Positions 1 to 13,340 of a stretch of DNA of 64,000 nucleotides are shown here, in pieces. Numbering within the stretch: the stretch's first letter is position 1; each line of letters begins with the position of its first letter. This DNA comes from Octopus sinensis (Eukaryota): contig NC_043011.1 in the NCBI RefSeq assembly GCF_006345805.1, forward strand, positions 434,001-498,000, given 5' to 3'. Below the pieces are notes generated by a model, which was not told where the DNA came from, ran no database searches, and saw only the letters and a program-made list of their open reading frames with translations. Position numbers and translations under genes: made by a program.

Positions 1-1050
1 CTTTAACGGGACTGAAATCGCCGACCACGTCGGGTTATACATCTTGGATATCCTCAAGAGACGTACCTATCCACATATGGTCTCTCTCTATAGGGACAAT
101 GGCTTGGCTATCTCAAGCCATATAAATGGCCACGCCATGGAAGGTTCATGAAGAACTTTATAAAAAGATTCAGTGTTCGTTCTGCCTGTCCATAACGGTT
201 ACTGCCAACCTGACTACAGCCGATTTCTTGGATATAACCTTTCAGGCATTAGCAAAGGGGTGTCAAAACTGTCAGCCAACATGGAGATCTTTAATAGGGC
301 CACCCTACTACAACGATGCTTTGGCTTGGAGGGGATTTTCTGAAAAGCTCACGTATGTGGGCGAACTCCAAACCTCTCTCCTCACCCCAAGAGAATTAAG
401 AAAAGGAAAATAATCTGGTATAAACCCTTTTAAGGTAGAAGTTTCTACCAACGTGGCCAGGGGCTTCCTGTCGTTAGAAACATTTCCTCAAAGGCCATAA
501 GTATTACAAACTCTTCAATCCTCCATAATGTCAAGGTAAGCTACTACTGCTTAGACAACATCGCATCTAATATCGCACGCATTAACAGACGTCAAAATGC
601 ATCCACATAACCCCAACCCTAACTGAAACTTCCAAAACCCCACCACCTGCTCTCTTTGAGATAATGTCTCACAAGGGCTGTAGTATATAGAGCCACCCTT
701 ACACCATCCAATGGCAATACTAGGCACTATACAGGCGTGACAGCCAATGACTTCAAGGGAAGATATTTCCCAGCACTTACATTAATTTAAATCCAGGGAC
801 AGAGAGAACTCCATTTCCCTGTCACGCTTTCTCTGGCGACTTCGTGACCACCAAGACGAAACACCCAGCATCAAGTGGAGTATTATCGACAGGGCGTCAC
901 CATATTCCCTCGGCGCCCTTGATTGCCGTCTGTACCTCCACGAAAAAGTGCATATCATTTACCAACACGCAGTATCCATCAACAAAAAACATGAGGTATC
1001 ATATTGCTGTCACCAGCTGCTCATCCTTGATGCCACTAGCCGCCAACAAC
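1..1050 (+). mobile_element. Degenerate Penelope-like retroelement (RT C-terminal part plus GIY-YIG endonuclease), broken by frameshifts and stops
   Basis: Motifs read across frames: EIADHVGLYILD, SLYRDNGL (GLYRDD-like RT core), DFLDITF, IIWY(N)P-F, HKYYKLFN..NVKVSYYC, VVYRATL..HYTGVTANDFKGRY (GIY-YIG), IKWSII, CRLYLHEK. Confidence 0.85.
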
Positions 1051-1593
1051 CTGGATATACCTCCTTAGTACTAGCCACCCCTAGCACTACCAGCACCAAG
1101 GTCACCGTCACAAATGAACCCCCATGAACAGTACCGCAAATCCCCAGTCCCCAACACTTCTCCATAACTGTCTACCCGCATACTCTCACCTCTTGTACAT
1201 AACCCCTTTTGCATGACCCACGAGTATATGCGCGCGCATGTGCGTGACTGTGCATATGCATCTGGTCACCGTATGCATGCGCACGGATGTGTGGGCGTGT
1301 GCGTGTATGTGCGCGCCCATATACATGTGCACCCATGCGTGTGCATGTATGTACGTACGCGTGCACACTTGTGTGTGCTCGCACGTGTACGTGTGCTGGT
1401 ATGCATGTGTACATGGAGATAAAGGTGTGCACGCGTGTGTGTCCGTGTGTGTATATGTGTGCACGCGTGTGTGCCTTCGTGTGTGTGTGTGCAGAAATGT
1501 GAATGTATATTTAAGCACATATACACATATACACGTATAAGTACGGATGCGTACACGCAGATATATGGGTATATACATGTAAATATAAACATA

Positions 1594-2614
1594 CGAGGGG
1601 CGTTCAATAAGTAATGGGGATGGGGGAAGAGTTCATAGCCGCACGCCTGTGCTTCTGATCTGGCGACACGCGAGTTGTGGACCGGAGCGTTGTCCTGCAG
1701 GAGGAGGATGCCTTTGCTGATCTTGCCCCGCCTCTTGGTTTCGATAGCTTCTCTTAATTTCCTCAAAAGTGAAACATGATAGGCTCCTGTAATTGTGGTA
1801 CCCTTTGCCAGGAAATCTGTCATCACTACTCCGTCCTGGTCCCAGAAGACTGTGAGCATGACCTTGCCAGCGGAGGGCTGCACCCTTGCCTTCTTTGGAG
1901 GAGGTGAGTCATGATGCTTCCACTGCATTGACTGGGCTTTGGTCTCTGGATCATAGTGATGGACCCAGGTCTCATCCTGTGTAATCAGTCTTTTGAAAAA
2001 TTTTGACTCATCTTCTTGGTACATCCCTAAATTCTTGCTTCTGGAATTCTTGCGTTCTTGCTTCTGGAAAAGTGTGAGAAACCTGGAAATCCATCTGGCA
2101 GACACCTTTTGCATATGCAAATGGTCATGAATGATAGTTTCCACAGACCCGGTACTAATCTTGACCTCATGGGCTATTTGGCGAATAGTTATGCGTCGAT
2201 CTTCCAAAATGGCAGCCTCAACTTGACGGACAGATGCCTCATCAATTGCAGAAGGAGTGCGACCAGATCTGGGAGCTGTTTCCACAGAGTTCCGACCATG
2301 TTTGAATTCACGATGCCAGCGTTTTACAAGGTCATATGATGGGGCATCATCACCATAAGTTACTTTCATTTCATTAAAAGTCTCCTGTGGTGTGCGTCAT
2401 TTCAAATACAAAAACCGGATCACTGCTCGACACTCAACATGCTCCATTTCCCACTTGACTCATTTCAAACACCTGTAAATCAGAAACCACAATTAGTTCG
2501 GAGCTGTAATTTGCCACTTAATCTATAGAGATATCAATAATTGCACATGCAAAATTTCAGCTAGATCAAACAAAGGCAAGTGGGTCAGAGGCATTACTTA
2601 TTGAACGCCCCTCG
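1594..2614 (-). mobile_element. Mariner (Tc1/mariner) transposon, internally deleted, with both TIRs and TA target duplication
   Basis: 23-bp TIR cgaggggcgttcaataagtaatg at 1594-1616 and its reverse complement at 2592-2614. TA flanks at 1592-1593 and 2615-2616. Confidence 0.95.
1617..2447 (-). pseudogene. Mariner transposase pseudogene
   Basis: MEHVECRAVIRFLYLK* (ATG 2447, in-frame TGA 2397-2399), then HTH region, ITQDETWVHHYDPETK and LLQDNAPVH. It is truncated at ELFPHP, before the YSPDLAPSD motif that carries the third catalytic D. The rest of ORF 1266..2369 is TIR and microsatellite read-through. Confidence 0.92.
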
Positions 2615-2678
2615 TATATACCCCACATCTACTGCTCCTTCTTACTTCTCCCCAACCAATCAACCGATTCCTTGTCTA

Positions 2679-2773
2679 CCACACGGTCGATTTCCTGTTC
2701 ACCACGCGGTCGATTTCCTGTTCACTACGCGGTCGATTTCCTGTTCACCACGCGGTCGATTTCCTGTTCACCA
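2679..2773. repeat. 23-bp minisatellite, 4 copies (ccacgcggtcgatttcctgttca)
   Basis: Units start at 2679, 2702, 2725 and 2748 with no spacers. Confidence 0.95.
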
Positions 2774-2941
2774 TGTAGTATTTTCCAACAAATTGTTGTC
2801 GCTGAAATACCGATCAATCGCAGGCTAAATACTGCAAATATTGACTCTCTTGAAACGAACTGTCATTCAGACCCCAATGTCCGAAGACTAGCCGCACGCT
2901 CGAAACTCAGAGTATCAAAGAGTCTGAATTTAAATGTTTTT

Positions 2942-3240
<299 letters not shown>

Positions 3241-3263
3241 AAGCATATAGGTTATGTGCGTAC

Positions 3264-3646
3264 GTGGAGGTGCAATGGCCCAGTGGTTAGGGCAGCGGAC
3301 TCGCGGTCGTAGGATCGCGGTTTCGATTCCCAGACCGGGCGTTGTGTGTGTTTATTGAGCGAAAACACCTAAAGCTCCACGAGGCTTCAGCAGGGGATGG
3401 TGGTGATCCCTGCTGTACTCTTTCACCACAACTTTCTCTCACTCTTACTTCCTGTTTCTGTTGTACCTGTATTTCAAAGGGCTGGCCTTGTCACTCTCTG
3501 TGTCACGCTGAATATCCCCGAGAACTACGTTAAGGGTACACGTGTCTGTGGAGTGCTCAGCCACTTACACGTTAATTTCACGAGCAGGCTGTTCCGTTGA
3601 TCGGATCAACCGGAACCCTCGTCGTCGTAACCGACGGAGTGCTTCC
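3264..3646 (+). mobile_element. tRNA(Arg)-derived SINE (resembles octopus OR-type SINEs)
   Basis: Head with A box tggcccagtgg, anticodon arm gcggac-tcg-cggtcgt and B box ggtttcgattcc, followed by a non-tRNA body. Possible TSD tgcgtac on both sides. Confidence 0.85.
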
Positions 3647-4019
3647 ATTTGCGTACATGCACATGCATGTGTTTGCATGCGCTCACGCGTCTGTATGTAC
3701 ATTCAAGATATTCTATTTCTGTATGTAAAACCCACTCTTCAGCAAAGAGTCAACTTGGGCCAAAAATCAATCTAATTGACATCATTATGTACCTGTAACA
3801 GCACTGACGTATGCCACCGCGTAGGCCTATTCATACACATATATTTCCTATTTCAAAGAAATCCAAACAATATATATAAGACCCAAGTTAAAAAGATTCT
3901 CAACAATTCAACTTCTCTGGTTGTCAGTAAGATGCACACCCACAAATGGGGCCTTAACTCTCACATTTTAGAGCTCCATGACCTTCATTTTTCAGGAGCA
4001 AAATCTTTTTAACAGGTTC

Positions 4020-4253
4020 AATAAGACTGGAAGTTTGGAATATGCGCATAAATATCAGTATAAATATGCGCATAAATATCAATAGTATTGGCACGATTAC
4101 AATTTTTTAAGGCGTGTAAAGAGGGAAATAACCCTCATCTGCAATTTTGATGAAATTCGAAACATAGGTATTCCAGTTCATTACAGAAAATATAACAGAA
4201 AAGTCTAATTCTTCAATTGAATGTAACACAGGCAATGCCGGGTATCTCTGCTA

Positions 4254-4254
<1 letters not shown>
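4020..4254 (+). mobile_element. Helitron 3' terminal fragment (same family as the element ending at 13719)
   Basis: ataacagaaaagtctaattcttc..attgaatgtaa..ggcaatgccgggtatctctgCTAG|T matches the reverse complement of 13718-13780. It shows the hairpin + CTAG + T target signature. Confidence 0.75.
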
Positions 4255-4311
<57 letters not shown>

Positions 4312-4322
4312 GCACAAACACA

Positions 4323-4469
<147 letters not shown>

Positions 4470-4481
4470 CAACTTCCCTTG

Positions 4482-4530
<49 letters not shown>

Positions 4531-4625
4531 TATATTACAACTTCCCTTTGTTATATATATATATATATATATATGAAAAAACAAGTCAAGATAGAAAATG
4601 CTAAAATAATTTTATAAGAACATTT

Positions 4626-4662
4626 CAGTACCGGTTTCGGTCATTTGAGACCTTTTCAACTG
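4626..4662 (-). ncRNA. Degenerate minimal type-I hammerhead ribozyme motif (PLE pLTR remnant)
   Basis: Minus strand reads cag-TTGAAAA-ggtc(tcaaat)gacc-GAAA-ccggt-A-ctg. All three helices are present, but the CUGANGA box has 2 substitutions. Confidence 0.5.
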
Positions 4663-5939
4663 TAACTATTAAATAATTAAATTTGGAAAAATTAAAAAAG
4701 TTTTTTTAAAAAGAATATTTGTATAGTGTTCAAATATAAGTGGCATTTTCCTTGTTTCTGCCTTTCTCTGTTTCTCTTGTTTACTCATATATATATATGT
4801 ATACACATACAAACATATCCGAGACCAGGAAAGATCCAGAAGGTTCATAATGATTCAGTGTTGACAGGCACACACAGGATGAGGTAGATAAGAATTCGAG
4901 AACTCCTTAGTGTTGATCTGAGTAAGATAGATTAATAAGGAAAAGCTCGTAAAGGATGCAAAGGTAAGGTGCAAGTATTACGTTACAACTGTTCCTCTGA
5001 CGGCTGCATATTAGATGCAGATATGTGCATCTAATATGGCAGAGATGGTAGAGAGCGAGTCTAAGTATGACTGCAAGCTCAGTTGAACTCCTCTTAGTTG
5101 AATAAATAACAGTAATATATCTAGTTAACTATAGTTTTTTTCTCACAAATGTTGTAGCTATGTGTGTCAAGTAAAGAGAAATTATTGTTGCTATTGTTGT
5201 TAATATCCTTTTGGTCTCAATTACTGTTGTTGTTCTTGTGTTGCTGGTGGTAATGTTTTGACAAGCTGCACAGCTTATTGTTGATATTGTTGTTGAAACA
5301 GTGGTGGAGAATGTGGTCATGTTAGCCGTGCTGGTCGCTGTGCTGAGTGCTATTGTTGTCACTGTTGTTTTATTGTAATTTCCCTTGAGACAAAAAAAAT
5401 CGTAATTAATGACGACACGGTTTCAATAAATTGTCCAGTGGTGTATGTGTGGGAAACACTGTTTGCCATATCTTGGACAGCATAATATTGGACGATGACA
5501 GCAAGAGCAATGTCAGCGGTGATGATGATGATGATGATGATGATGAGGAGGAGGAGGAGGATGGTGGTGGTGAATGTGATTGTAGCAATAATGATGTTTT
5601 TCTCTGAAAAAAATCTATTATAAGCTAGGAAAGAAAGATTTATATCAGAATTATTTTCTACTTTTTCATTCTTTTCATTCAGTGACATTAACACAGATAC
5701 ATATGTGAAGCCGTTCCACCCCTATCTCTGCCACCCCGATGTATTTTCCTTTTTCTCTTAGTGTCTTCTATCACTACAATAATGATTTCTATTTCTCTCA
5801 ACTTACTGAACTTACGACAACTACCACTACTGCCAACAGCACCCCACCAATATTAGCACCAACATTACAACCACCACCACCATCACCACCAAAAAATACT
5901 GAATACCCAAGGTTCTTTCATTATTGTGTGAACATTGCT

Positions 5940-6480
5940 GTATTCTCTAATCAAAATGGCATTCTAATCAGACACCTTTTGACCCCTGTAATTCTATGTA
6001 AAGAAGGGGATGGGGGATTTCTATCTTGCAGTTTATAGAAAGCGCGCGGAATTGAGATTTTGATGATATTTGCAAATGGAGGATTATACCAATAAAATTG
6101 GTGCCTTCTAAGTTTTCTATCATTTGTTCGATGTAGTTGTAGGGTGCTCAGCGTTCTGAGGTTTAACTTGTTCTATTCTTTTGCCTTTCTTGTTATTCGT
6201 TCTTTCATTATAGCCGCTATTAGAGGCATCAGTGGCTAATCCGTTTCCAGATCTATGACATTCTGTGGATATATCGGACATAGTAAGTTCATGGAGGGTA
6301 GCCTTTATCGCTAATACTAGGTATCAGGGAATTTTTAATATGAAAACGAATAAACTATCCTGTTCCACGACCCCTGAGAACCTATCATATCTGCTTCTAA
6401 TGGGTACAAATTTAGAAATTATAGTTCTGACTCCCCTCCTCTCAGCCAACGGACGTTACCCCTAAACTTTCTAGGTAGAG
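5940..6480 (-). mobile_element. Highly degenerate Penelope-like RT/linker fragment
   Basis: Minus strand gives FYWYNPPFAN (IWYNPPF motif of PLEs) and an upstream NSGYNE-like segment. Confidence 0.55.
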
Positions 6481-8920
6481 TAATACTGAGCAGTCTAAGG
6501 TAGTTCCGGTTGGCACTGAATACGATTTCCTAATCCTATCCTCTACAACTGTGCCGGGTACAAGGGCCGAAGATTCCCTATACCTCAACTACTACGGATA
6601 ATGGACCCCCTGTAATACCATTAGCATCCCATCCATTGGAAAACAGGTGTAACTATAGTGGAGAAAAAGTGTCCCTGGGATGGGGATTGCACTCACGCTC
6701 ATGTGGTGTAAGAGTGTGTTGTTAGTACTCGTTCCACTATCTGATTTTGCTGCGGATCTTTAACTAATCCAGTGAAACTCAGAACCTCCACTTATAGACA
6801 CACTTTTAGTAATGTTAAACTAAAATCTTCTGCCACGTTAACTGAATGTATTCACTCAATTCCAAAATTCTAGCTACGAAATTGAATAATAGGATTACTT
6901 GCAATCTTTACCTCCGTAAATCCTCAGAAATCCTTTTCACCGAAAGGGACTTAATAAACGATTCGAGCTAATAGTTAATTGTAAACATGACTTAAGCTTT
7001 ACCTCCCTGAACTTTCAGAAAGAGATAACAGAAAACTTACTGGATTTTTGTTATTCTTACATTTTCCTCTTACGTTACCTTCTATTTTTAGCTTGATATT
7101 ATACTGTTTTTTTCTTGGGTTTATTGTTTTGTTTGTCTCTTTATATTTTTATTCTTTTTTATGTTATTTTATTTTTACTTTTATTTAACCTTTTCTCTCC
7201 ACTTTTCTTCATTTTCTTTCTCCTTCACCCATTTTTTATGGATGCAATCCCTTCAAACCCCAATAATCTCTTTCTATAACCATTTCGTATTACCTTATTT
7301 TTAATTCTTATTTTAAATGTGGTTCTAATTTCTCTCATTCACTCACTTGTAATTCATTTCATCCTTACTTACATAACATTTTCATCCATCCTAAAACATC
7401 ATATCACACGAATCTATGAGTGTACTAGTAAACGCACTCGTCCTTTGGACGGTTTAAGTTGCTTTGGTTGTATATTTTTCACCAAATAATTGAACAACCG
7501 CGGTTTATGAGTAGCACGGCAATCTATGTTTCCGATTAACCTAGGAACGGAAAACCAAATTGAGTCTGGTTACTGTGGAGGTCGTTGCACTTTAATGATC
7601 ATAAAACATAAGTTTGCAAGCGATGTAAAGTAGAGCCACTGAAGTGTTTTTGGATTAGATAACGGATAATGACAACAAAATGTAGTTGTTTTACATGAAA
7701 GCGAAATTTCTTGCCAGAAACAATCACATAAATGGTGTAATGAAATTGAAGGAAGACGTTGAAACTTACCCTCTGCGAGTTTATTTTTTCAACAGCAAAG
7801 GGGGCTAGTTTTTTGGAGATAAGCCAACAAAAACCCCTTTATTCTATCTTCCCACACAGCCTGCGTATAAACTAACAGCGAATGCTGCATGAAGTTAAAT
7901 TGGTATGGAGCTTTCTGAAAGATACCTCTAGTTTTCGCTAGTGGAAGCAAAAGTCCCATTTAAAGATTGATTCTTTGGGACGAATCATTTGTAATTGTTT
8001 AAAAAAAGGCTAGAACAATGCTGAAACGCATTTGAAACAATGTATAACAGTCGAAATATAATGGATGGGTAAATAAGCAAATTAAAGTGAAACACCGCAT
8101 TGATAGGTAATATCAACAAATAGAAGAGAGGGAAGGGAACATCACCTTTCAAGTAACTCAGAATAGGTAAAGGTAAGCTTGCCAAAGTTTAATGCAGTTT
8201 AAATATGGAGATTAAGATTGTTTGGTGTTGGATATTCATCGCGTATAGTGTTCCTAGTCAATTTAATAACCGTGGAAGCTGGACAATGGAAATAAATAGA
8301 CAAAATCCTTTCACTTTTATAAAAAGATTAAAAAAGTATGGAAGGCCCTACATACAAAAAGGCTATGCCAATTTAGGTTTTCCATCAATCGTATCTTTAG
8401 ATATACTTAGGATCCCTTTGTATTTCTCTGACGTTTACTTGAATTTTATTTTATATTCTTTTTCTCCCCCCTACCATCCAGATATACTATTTATAGATTA
8501 TCCACTCATTTACTTATGTCTATTTATTCCTGTTTTCATCTATATATTTATTTGTTTTGTTCTCTTCCTCTCCGCCTATCTAATTTTGATTTACTTCTCA
8601 CTTCTTTGTTCCTTTCTCTCTTCTCTTTTCTCCTTCCTATACACCAAGTATACGCACGAATATAATTAGATGGTTGTGATATTCGAATACCTAATTATAT
8701 TCGTGTGTATATGCGTGAATGCATACGTGCGTGTATATATTTATGTGTGTGTGTATGCGTGCATGTATGTATGTATGTGTATATGTGCGAATGTATGTAT
8801 GTATGCAAGGTATGTATACCTGCGTATACAGGGGCGATAATACATACAGATATTCGTATAAATGGGTATACATATACACATGAATACGAGTTGTATATGT
8901 AGATATTGATATGTATAAAC

Positions 8921-8957
<37 letters not shown>

Positions 8958-8962
<5 letters not shown>

Positions 8963-9491
8963 GATATATACATGCAATATTAGATATGTACATATATACA
9001 TAAGGGTACTACATGAGTACATATATCGCCAATGATAGAAGTCAAAAAATACTTCTGTGCCACCGAAAAGTCACAAATCTATTACAAATAAGATAGGAAA
9101 AAATATCAGTGAACAATAATAATGTCTTACCTCAAATGGGTCAGAACAAGTAAATGCTGGTCAACTCGGTACCGGTTTCGAAATTTAGCGCCACCCAGAC
9201 GCGTGATTTCTCATCAGCCAAAGTCCGCCAGCTAAATAACTACTAACATTCACCCCCATCATGCCTGCGAAAGTTCGTTTGAAGTGCCCAAGCATTTACT
9301 TGTTCTGACCCATTTGAGGTAAGACATTATTATTGTTCACTGATATTTTTACCTATCTTGTCTGTAATAGATTTGTGACTTTTCGGTGGTACAGAAGTAT
9401 TATTTGACTTCTATCATTGGCGATATAGGTACTCATGTAGTACCCTTGTGTATATATGTACATATCTAATATTGTATGCATATATTTTATT
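8958..9491. repeat. Long inverted repeat (about 200-bp arms at 8958-9158 and 9291-9491), probable inverted PLE pLTR structure
   Basis: For example cagtgaacaataataatgtcttacctcaaatgggtcagaacaagtaaatgct pairs with agcatttacttgttctgacccatttgaggtaagacattattattgttcactg. Confidence 0.9.
9164..9224 (-). ncRNA. Minimal type-I hammerhead ribozyme
   Basis: Minus strand reads actttgg-CTGATGA-gaaat(cacgcgtctgggtggcgctaa)atttc-GAAA-ccggt-A-ccgagt. The core is intact, helix III is palindromic (accggt) and the cleavage site is GUA. Confidence 0.75.
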
Positions 9492-9551
9492 AATTTGCCT
9501 GTACGGCTAATAATTCGCTTACCACTTGTGATGGTATTTTAATAATACCAT

Positions 9552-9607
<56 letters not shown>

Positions 9608-10310
9608 GTCTAATGCATACATATGTAAGCATCTTGACATATGTATTTTCTTCTACTACTAAGCACTGACCTGTCCAACCACCTAATCTATATTCCTAAA
9701 TTCTTCATTCCATACTGCTACCCCTCTCTCTGCCCCATCACTTAGACTCTATCACTACATAACTGACACTCCTTTACTTTTTATACCTCTCTCTCTCCTT
9801 CTTCCCCATTCCTTCTATCTTTTTACACTCTAATACCTTTCTCTCTCTATCACCCTCATCTCCCCATTCCTACTTTCAAATAATCGTGACTGACCACTAA
9901 CTGGTAAACTTATCCTTATTATCTCTCTCCTTGTTTTTCTTTTTCGCTTTCTTTTATTTATTCCTCTCTTCCTGTTTTTTCTCTTTTTCTCTTTTCTTTA
10001 TTTCTCTCTTCTTGTTTTCGATTTGACCTTACAAATACATTCCCTACTTTTAATAAAACCTTTAAATAAAACCCTTGATTCAATAGTACTTTAAATAAAA
10101 CCTTTGGTTCAAAAGCACTGTGTACAAACTCTATACTTGGAATGACCAATTTCAGATACTGTTGGATTTTACTCACAGGTAGTGAAATCTTATATGTATA
10201 CCATTCTGCCTAAATAACGGATCTACAAATCTCACATCTATTTCCATTCCTCCACTCTCTAGTTCATATCTTATCTAAATTTAACTATTGCTTAACCATT
10301 TTATCACACT

Positions 10311-10358
10311 GTCTCCGATGAAGGGATATAATAAATATCCTGGAAACAGCTGTAAGAC
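10311..10358 (+). ncRNA. Minimal type-I hammerhead ribozyme (CCGATGA variant) in a PLE-like 3' region
   Basis: gtct-CCGATGA-agggatat(aataa)atatcctg-GAAA-cagctgt-A-agac. Helix I is gtct/agac and helix III is the palindrome acagctgt. Confidence 0.7.
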
Positions 10359-10640
10359 CTATTTATAAATGTTCTAAAATCTTCACAGCCTTGGTTTTTT
10401 ATCTCATTCTAAAAATTTTTTTATATACACACACGCTGATATATGACCTACGTCGGACTCCTTATACGCATAATCACCGAACCTAGAACTTAACTATCCA
10501 TAGCACTTACTCAGCATTACCTGACACCTTTGGGTCTTACTGTCGCCATTACCTCTCATAACCTCTCTCTCTCTCTTTCTCTCTCTCTATCTATCTATCT
10601 ATATATATAAATATATATAAATATATAGATAATATATATG

Positions 10641-10691
<51 letters not shown>

Positions 10692-11941
10692 ATATATGTG
10701 TGTGTGTGTGTGTGTGTCTGCGGCAGTATATATTTATATATATGTAATCAATCGTTATAATCTAAATGTGTTAACGTTCAAGACGCCAGGAAAGGGTCGG
10801 GCCCCACACATATGTACACTAATCATACATATACATACACTAATATGAATATATATACACGCACACACGTAGGTTCCCAATCCAAAGCAAGTTATAGATC
10901 TAACCATGGGATGGTTCCAGCTATGGTGTTTGTATAAAAGAACAGAAGTGGAATTATACAAATGTATAGAACACAAATGGAAACAACTGTTTCAGCAGCA
11001 TTTTTTATCGACTAATAGTTCGATTACATCATGAAACAAATTCGCTCTCAGTAGGTGATTTTAAACATAGGTAGGAAGAGAAAATTTAAACCGACCCGCT
11101 TACCAATCCATTAGGATTACTTATATATATGTATACATACATACATACATATATATATATATTAATAATATAAATAATATATAAATATATGCATATATAC
11201 ATACATTTATGTACATACCTATATATATATATGTATATATACATGCATATATGGGTACAGGACATCAAAAAACGTTGAACACAATGAGAAACGTAAACAT
11301 AAAAACAAAAACATAGAAACGAAATTATTTGGAACAACGAAAAAAACAAACAGAGAAACGAAACCTACAACAAAAAGAATATTCCCCTTCTTCAGTTTTC
11401 CCAGTTTCATCTACTCTGCATTACGAAGGCAAGGACAATACGCGACTTCGTTGAAACAGTCCTTCCGCAAAGCAAATTAAACAAAAATTGGTATTTTTCG
11501 CGGAGGTTGAAAGTGGTAACAAGAATAGGACAGTGAGAACAAAACAGTAAAAACAAACGGTGAGGGCTGTTAAGCCAAGACGATAGAAAAATTATTATGA
11601 ACGCTAGGAAGACGAGCTTATGAAAGGAGACAGTATAAGTACGTTTTGTCTTTTGGAAGGTAATGAGCAGAAAGATAGATTCTCTTTCGTCACGTGTCAG
11701 CGACGAGAGAGTCGAGGAGGAGGATGAGTGAGAGAAATGGAACGGTGAAGATGAGAGAAGAAGAATAGGGAAGGGCGGGAGAGAAAACCAAAAAGGATGA
11801 AGAACAACAGAGGGAGAGAGATAGACAGAGAAGAGATAGTAAAGATAGAAGAGTACGCATCGTAATTATTAAGATAAAACTTACTTGCAAAAGGATGCGT
11901 GGCGTTCGATCATATAATAATATAAATAATATATAAATATA

Positions 11942-11989
<48 letters not shown>

Positions 11990-11999
11990 CCTAAATGTA

Positions 12000-12252
12000 T
12001 AGTATTAAATATCCATCACGGTTGATCTTACCAATCGGTTTCGCGTACAGAATACAATGGAGTGTTACGTAATAATCCGATTATATAAATTTACGCTCAT
12101 CAGAGTCAATCGATATGGGAGGGACGCCATACTCCCTTCCACATCGGCTGACTCTGATGAGCATAAAGTTATATAACCGGATTGTTACCTCCATTGTATT
12201 CTGTACGCGAAACCGATTAGAAAAGATCAGCCGTGATGGATATTTAGTACTA
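12000..12252. repeat. Fold-back hairpin (about 120-bp arms, 8-nt loop at 12125-12132) duplicating a hammerhead-like motif in both orientations
   Basis: tagtattaaatatccatcacggttgatctt... pairs with ...aagatcagccgtgatggatatttagtacta. CTGATGAgc at 12154 and gcGAAA at 12207-12212 are mirrored in the left arm. Confidence 0.88.
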
Positions 12253-13271
12253 TTCTTTTTAGGATAATATACCCACTCTACTGACAAATATACGAGTGCA
12301 TATGTATATATGTGTAGTGTATATCTACACATGTGTCATATATATATATATATATATGTATTTGTAAACATCTTAAACAAATAAATGGATAAATGAATTA
12401 TTGAAATGAATGTATGAATAAATAAACTGATAATTTTACTAATATTTTTAAAAATTAAAATATTGATAGGCGTTTTAGGTTGCGGTAAAATTTTGAAGTT
12501 ATGCAAGACGACGTGAACAAAAAATTTTCCTTGTGATATTTTCCCAAACTTTATAATGTGACAACATTATTTAACATAATTGTATTTGAGGCCCAGTTTT
12601 GTTATTATATTGAACGATTTGTTTTCTTATTTAAACAGAATGGTTTGTAGTTTAAGACAAAATTTTTGTTATACAGAATGATTTATAAGTTTAAAAAAAA
12701 TTATTTTAACTGAAAAATTTGTAGCTTTAAACTAGTATATTAATGAGGATATCTATAATATTTCAGTGAATTAATTTATGAAGTTAGCATCAAGTACCAT
12801 AAAATATATTTTTCTTAAGTGTAAACTATATCACTATATTCGTAGTTAAATTGAAGATATAAGTTTTAATTATGCTATCATCTTTATATAAAATTGAATT
12901 TAATAGTAATAATATATGAATAATTCTATAAAAGTCCCTATCGTGATTAAAAATATTTTCCCGTAAGCTATGAATGTATAAATATATAAACATTGATTTA
13001 CTGTGGTATTTTACTCTGATAATCGAAGTAAATTTGTGTTTTGTACTTGTTATTTACTGAGAATAATGTTTATATTAGATCAGAATAATTATTTTACATA
13101 ATTATATATCTTTTTGAATAATTATGCATATATGAATTTCTTGTAGACCCTATAATATTTAGTATATATCATCATATTATGTCCTTTCGAACTTGTATAC
13201 ACATAAAAATTATAGAATAATAAAACTATTACCTTACTCTAATTAATTTTCTTCTGTAACGTATCATGAAA

Positions 13272-13340
13272 ATTGTTCGAAAATAATTGTTCGAAAACAA
13301 TTATTCGAAAACAACTATTCGAAAAGCAGTTGTTCGAAAT
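13272..13340. repeat. Degenerate ~15-bp tandem repeat (ttgttcgaaaacaa)
   Basis: Five recurrences of ttcgaaa at about 15-bp spacing. Confidence 0.7.

Noticed and set aside
1266-2369. Intact 367-aa transposase-fusion gene
   Set aside because: The upstream in-frame stop removes the N-terminus, the catalytic C-terminus is deleted, and the last ~115 aa are TIR/microsatellite read-through.
2679-2773. CRISPR-like 23-bp repeats
   Set aside because: No spacers, no cas genes and a eukaryotic context. It is a plain minisatellite.
3264-3340. tRNA-Arg(TCG) gene (also at 54478 and 62190)
   Set aside because: The acceptor stem does not close, there is no poly-T terminator, and it continues into a shared SINE body.
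7430-8200. Coding-like remnant (similar case at 27850-29180)
   Set aside because: Only vague FLDI-like hints of a decayed retroelement, with no motif series I can defend.
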